DNA of 13,407 nt from Geosiphon pyriformis uo1 (lineage: Eukaryota; Fungi; Glomeromycota), in the NCBI GenBank assembly GCA_016748015.1, contig JAAOMT010000017.1, positions 1 to 13,407 on the forward strand, written 5' to 3'. Made by a program: the position numbers and the translations under genes. Below, one piece after another: positions 8,418 through 13,407 of the stretch. The notes beneath the pieces were generated by a model. That model had not been told where the DNA came from. It was given only the letters and a program-made list of their open reading frames with translations, and searched no databases. The stretch's first letter is position 1; each line of letters opens with the position of its first letter.

Positions 8418-9506
8418 ATGACTAATCATGGAGAAATTCGTTTGCCGATTGTTTATGGAAAAATTGCTCATGAAGGATACCCATCGAGATTGTACGGTCA
8501 TGTAAGTATAGTGAAGTATTTAAATATATAAAAGTAATATTGGTTTACTAGACTTTCCTCTAATCTTTTGTTTTAATTCTATAACAGTTGACAAAAGATG
8601 AGTATTTGGAAAGAACGGTAGCCTTCAACAAACTATATACAAAACATAGACATCATTCTTGCTTGCAATGTGTTCCCCCGCATCTTTTTGCGATTATTAC
8701 CATGTCTATTATTGTCCCGTTATTCATTCTGAATCAGCAAGCGAACGGACATTTTCAAGGTGCTGCCAAAATTAATATGATTTGGTTAGTTGCTTTGATG
8801 CCTTGTATTGCTATTATTAGCCTTGTTTGGATGTGGTTGTTAAGCACTAGTTTAAAAAAGAAGGTGAGGGATCAATTTGATATGGAGTAAAATTTTGAAC
8901 GATTTTTGTTAAAAAAATTTGTTTCTTATTCTTGTTCATTCTCCCTTAGTTGCAACGAAATGTAAAGGATCGAGTAGCAACCTTCAATGAATTAGATACT
9001 CCAAGAAATGGTATACATTGGCGGTTTGAAAGTCATCGAACAGCGAGAGATGATTATGGCGATGTAAATATATTTTTTCTTGACAAAATTCATTTTTAAT
9101 AATTTTGCTTCAACTCTCCCTGATCATCGCCTCTTTTTCTCTTGGACCTTTTTTTAAATAGGAATTTTTGGTTATGGAATTGCCAAACACAATTTTATCA
9201 GCACACATGCAACAACCTATTAATTTACTGAAACGACAAGATTCCGATACAACTGTGGTAGCATTTCCAACAGAATTTATGACATTCCCACCGCCAACAG
9301 CTCAACTATCACATCAAGAACCAAGATACAATGTTGACGCCAATACAATTAAACTTGGAAGTTTACCTACATACACTGATACCATGCAAAATAATTCACC
9401 ACGCTACAGTCGTCGTAATTCAACACGGGAAAGTCGGGCTAGTGCACCAAATCGTGGTGGCCATCGGATTGACTATTCGACCATGCAAGTTACAAAAATT
9501 GTGTAA
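8418..9506 (+). CDS. Spliced gene join(8418..8501,8588..8863,8950..9063,9162..9506), 272 aa; Erf4/Golgin-A7/CHIC-like domain membrane protein with two predicted TM helices and a low-complexity C-terminal tail
   Basis: ATG at 8418. Three GT..AG introns join four exons (84, 276, 114 and 345 nt) into one stop-free frame ending in TAA at 9504-9506: MTNHGEIRLPIVYGKIAHEGYPSRLYGH|LTKDEYLERTVAFNKLYTKHRHHSCLQCVPPHLFAIITMSIIVPLFIL...MIWLVALMPCIAIISLVWMWLLSTSLKKK|LQRNVKDRVATFNELDTPRNGIHWRFESHRTARDDYGD|EFLVMELPN...QVTKIV*. Exons are richer in GC and CpG than the introns. The family call is by eye, from recalled GOLGA7/CHIC motifs (P-x-x-L...E/D-x-F/Y...N-x-L-Y; CxxC; N-E...G/L-x-H-W-R...hydrophobic-E-x-P). 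The gene structure is more certain than the family assignment. Confidence 0.9.
8502..8587 (+). other. Spliceosomal intron 1 (86 nt, phase 0)
   Basis: Donor GTAAGT, branch-like CTAAT at 8560-8564, T-rich tract and acceptor AACAG; removal preserves the frame. Confidence 0.9.
8864..8949 (+). other. Spliceosomal intron 2 (86 nt, phase 0)
   Basis: Donor AAG|GTGAGG, polypyrimidine tract TTCTTATTCTTGTTCATTCTCCCT and acceptor TAG; removal skips the in-frame stop at 8888-8890. Confidence 0.88.
9064..9161 (+). other. Spliceosomal intron 3 (98 nt, phase 0)
   Basis: Donor GTAAAT, branch-like CTGAT at 9120-9124, long pyrimidine tract and acceptor AATAG; splicing joins in frame to the 9168..9506 ORF. Confidence 0.85.
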
Positions 9507-9616
9507 AATATACACAAAGAAATATTGATAATCACAAGAGAGACATTCATTATTTACTTGACTTATTCTGAACACCTAATATCATATCGTACGGTTATTT
9601 TGTATTTATTATTATC

Positions 9617-10850
9617 ATGACGAACGTCCTCAACATACCCCACAAAAAACGAATATTAAGAAGGCCTCATTTTGAGCGCCTGGCTGGACTGGGTGTTTTA
9701 AAATCACCAGCTGTACATAAATAGTAGAATGATTGTCGAACAAAAAAAGGGGACGCTTCTTCCATTCACTCCTTTCTATAATTATCGATCTTTTAAATAC
9801 TTGAGGCTTTCCCCAAAAAGTCACCTTTTTGTAATTATATTAGAATTCCCAAACATAAATATCCTTTTATTAATGTATTATAAATATAGATAACACTATT
9901 TTGGGAAGGTCTTTTGTTAAGACCCTACCATTATAGGTAATTTTTACTAATTGCTGCTGCTGGAAATTGTAAAATATCATAACTAATGAGGTTATTAAGT
10001 ATATCTTGGTCTTTTATTGGTACGTTCGTCATTTCCTTTTTTGTTATATTAGTTTCAACCATATATATATATATATATATATATAATTGATTTCTAGCCT
10101 TATTTTGCAGCATGCTGTGCAGCTGCTTTTACATAATAAATTGTGCTTCAAGTGTTTACATTGGAAAGCATTTGCAGATGATAAAACGTTTCTTGCCGTT
10201 TGTCAAATAAGTAAAATAAGTGTTAGTGCGATATCGTTATTATTCCTTGATTTCATTTATTACCCATCTTCCTAAAATACCGTATTCTCCCGAAAATAAA
10301 GTTTTAGTGTTTTAAAGAGGCTAGAGATTGTTGTTTCAAAAATTCCTTAAATTTGGATATAGATGATCAGATGTCCAATAATATTTTGTAGATAGATGAT
10401 GAGAAAAATTTACCATGTTTCCATCGCCTAATTGAATTTTCAATGTGAGTAAATATATGGCCATGTTTTTTTTCGCGTTTTGATGAATGCAAAACAGGAA
10501 TAGATTTTCTTGGACTTGAGCAAAAAAATTTCTTTCAACGTGAAAGATTAAATGAATTTTAAATTTGTCCAATCAAATATTTGGTTTTAAAAAAAGACAT
10601 AAAGAGTCCTATAAGAGAGGTTCCCGTGTTGGCTTAAACCATGCCATTTTTAGTAAAATTACCATCAAGCTCTATTTTGAATTAGGGGTAGTGGAATACT
10701 TTGGAGTAACTTGAAGCCATAAATGATTGCATGCCTTGTGGATTAGATGCTGGCAAAAGTGAAAATAGGGACCATATGCATATCGCTCATGTAGTTTTAG
10801 AACAAATGCATTATTTTTCACATCCGACTATTTCTTATAATTCTTGCTAA
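9617..10850 (+). pseudogene. Possible decayed intron-containing gene, product unknown
   Basis: Intron-like segments at 9831..9936 (GTAATT..TATAG) and 10020..10110 (GTACGT..TTGCAG) are similar in size to the host introns. A protein-like frame at 10311..10850 (FKEARDCCFKNSLNLDIDDQMSNNIL*IDDEKNLPCFHRLIEFSM*VNIWPCFFSRFDECKTGIDFLGLEQKNFFQRERLNEF*...LEAINDCMPCGLDAGKSENRDHMHIAHVVLEQMHYF...) has 7 internal stops. Confidence 0.3.
10061..10085. repeat. (AT)12 microsatellite
   Basis: Perfect AT dinucleotide run inside the intron-like segment 10020..10110. Confidence 0.95.
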
Positions 10851-10875
10851 AAAATTCGGCAACCTTTTAATGAAA

Positions 10876-10895
10876 AGAGAGAGAGAGAGAGAGAG
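10876..10895. repeat. (AG)10 microsatellite
   Basis: Perfect AG dinucleotide run at the left edge of a hyper-AT block. Confidence 0.95.
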
Positions 10896-10899
10896 CAAA

Positions 10900-11750
10900 A
10901 AAGGAAATAATTAGTTTCAACAAAAGAATGCACTCCATAAAAATCCAAAAAGTTGTAATGGCATTTCTTGTTGAATCAAGCTTGTATGTTTTTTTTTTAA
11001 GTTTTGATTTTAAATTCAATTTAAATGTTTGTAGGTTCTAGTTAGGTAAAATATTAGTAAATAAAAAAAACCATCAAATAGTCCTGTCGAGAGTGAAAAA
11101 CAATTTATAAAAGTAAAAATAAAAGTGAGAATATAGTCAGTAGTATTTTATATCAAGATTTAAGTAATAATTACAACAAATAAAGGTATAACTAATTATA
11201 AGTTGTTTAAAAAAAAGAATTTAAAATAAAATTTTTATAATATTTTTAAAAATTGTATTTAAAAATATTGGAGTTTTATATACATACATAAAATTTTTTA
11301 GATACTTTTTTTTTTTAATAATTATTTACCAAACAACAAATTTTCTCATATATATGTATAACATACTGTAATTTATAATGAATTTATAGTATATATAATA
11401 TTACATTTTTGTAATACAATTTTTAAAATTTATTTATTTATTATTTATTCAATTATTCTAAACTAATCTGTAATTTTTGCATTTAATAGAACTAATAAAA
11501 ATAATTAATATTATTTTTGTTTTATTTAATAATTTTATTAAAATTACATTTATATAGAGTAAAATTAATTAATATTTTTTTTTGCTATTAAATAAAAAAA
11601 AATTATTAATAATCAATAATTTATTATTTGAAACTGAATTTTCAAAAATTATATTTATATATTTAAAAATTTTGAAATTTTAATTGAAATTTTTAAATGA
11701 AATTATTATTCAATAAAATATTTTTATTAGAATTAAATCATTTTAATTAG
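10900..11750. other. Hyper-AT, CpG-depleted block (putative mutated repeat relic)
   Basis: One CpG (about 11088) in about 850 nt; very low G+C over 11200-11750. Confidence 0.45.
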
Positions 11751-13407
11751 TCACGAGAAAGACTTTACTTCAATAGTACAATCTTAAGGGAAAAATACAA
11801 AAATCTCTCTGAAAAAGTAGTAGTAGCAGTATGGAAATGGAAAAGATAAAAATTGCTGATTTTACACTAGTTTTTGATCATTTTATAATTTTTAGAATGA
11901 AAACTTTTAATTCCAGTGATTAAATGTCATTTAAGTAAAATAAATTATATGAGATAATTTCAATTCTGAATTAATATTCCAAGAAAATATTACATCAATC
12001 TACTCTTCAAGATCTCATATATTTTTGCTCAAAATTTAGGTTTTTTATCCCCAATACTTGTTCCTAATTAATAACGAATTATCCAATATAAAGAACTTGG
12101 CATTACAAAGTAATATGTTGCAAAAATTTACAATATAAAAAATATAAGCTAGGTATTTAGATTACAAGTTTTAAGATTAAGAAACCTCCTCATCCAGACC
12201 GAATTCATATCATATAAAAAGAAATTCAGTTTCTTAAAAAGTTTTTGTAAAGATCATATGTCTTCAATGAAACCCGAAATTCAAATAGTTTATTTTTTCT
12301 GAAATTGTTGATTATGTCAGTCAATATTTTAATTTCGGCCTAATTGTTCTTCAATTTGCTGCGCTGGTTTTATCATGCTTAAGAATTTGAAAAAATAAAT
12401 ACAATTTATTATATCGGCAGTTAGGATAAAAGAACTAACAATAAGTGAAAAGAAAACAAAGGAAAGGAATAATATTCTGAGAGATGGTATCTTATTGATA
12501 AAGAATCTGTATCAGGCAATACATTGATTATAGTTACAGGTTATAGTACATATGAAAAAAAAGTCTGAATTTTTAATAAATCCGTATAGAACCTAAATTT
12601 AATTTTCTTAATGAAATTACCTGGCTAATCACATGGACTATTCCTCAGGGAAAATCTTTTGCTTGTGCCACTTCTTTGCTTTGACGGAATATTTTACATG
12701 GAAAAAAGAAAATTTACAGGTTTTTGACCCAAAGATAAAAATTCAATGTTACATCCGTCATGGCTAGCAAGCTAAAAATTGAGGCTAACATACAATTTCT
12801 TCGAAACCCACTTAAATCCATGTTGATTGTGGTTTCAGATATAAAATCTAAAAGCCAATATTAAAATAGTGATGTTAAACTAAATTGAAATTTCAAATTA
12901 TTCTTAATAAAAAATTCATTATTTAAAAGTCTCAATGGTAAAGAATAAAATAAATTTTACATGCGAAGACTTCATATTAAAAATGTGAGAAAAAACCTAA
13001 ATAATCATGTTAGTCGTCACTAATTGGAATTCTCTATCAGTGGCACCAACCATCAGCTATACAATAGATGAAAATTAGTAAATATCGAGCTCAAAAATAG
13101 TATCTAATAGTAATATTACTTACTGCTCAAGTCACAACTGCTCGGAAGAAAAACGGAAATAAACCGATTTCCCTCAAAACTATCGGAATTTCGCACGTGT
13201 CAATTTCAAAAAAGTTTATGGATACCTAAAGAAAAAAAGGTCTCATTATAATAACTCGCGAATGTCCTCCCCTTGCAGTGATCATACCTAAGTAATTCAT
13301 AAAAGAAAACCGAAGATTAAGGCTAATGCTTTATACCATGTAAACCCGAAATTGGGCTGGTGGTACTCGCTTTAACTTCACCTCTGATACAACGACATGG
13401 TATAACA

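Noticed and set aside
8588-9528. ORFs 8588..8890, 9168..9506 and 9331..9528 as separate genes
   Set aside because: The first two are exons 2 and 4 of the spliced gene (their TTG starts lie at or just after acceptors). The third is an off-frame overlap.
9504-9620. Host-wide stop-codon reassignment or readthrough (37 sense codons follow the TAA; many interrupted frames in the window)
   Set aside because: The intact 272-codon gene has no in-frame TAA/TAG/TGA and uses CAA/CAG for Gln and TGG for Trp. The interrupted frames contain all three stops, and a 37-codon open run can occur by chance.
11845-11870. KIKIADF resembling the protein-kinase DFG region
   Set aside because: It reads DFT rather than DFG, and no HRD, APE or Gly-loop motifs were seen nearby.

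Overview
Very AT-rich eukaryotic nuclear DNA in the standard genetic code, with short (about 86-98 nt) GT-AG introns. It is compatible with an early-diverging fungus or a protist, but the taxon cannot be determined from the sequence. One intact gene is supported: a 4-exon + strand gene, join(8418..8501,8588..8863,8950..9063,9162..9506). It encodes a 272-aa protein resembling the Erf4/GOLGA7/CHIC family, with a CxxC motif, two predicted transmembrane helices and a C-terminal LPTY (PY) motif. The rest is a mosaic. Hyper-AT, almost CpG-free blocks lie at about 1-3060, 3680-4520 and 10900-11750; the first holds a 1-kb decayed intronless ORF with no apparent frameshift. CpG-retaining segments carry probable pseudogene remnants: a minus-strand frame at about 6037-6795 whose stops are mostly TGA, and a + strand spliced-looking remnant at about 9617-10850. 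There are also several microsatellites and a 42-bp tandem repeat. No RNA genes, CRISPR arrays or intact transposases were recognised. Most ORFs in the supplied track are artefacts of repeats, antisense shadows or unspliced exons. All counts were made by hand.
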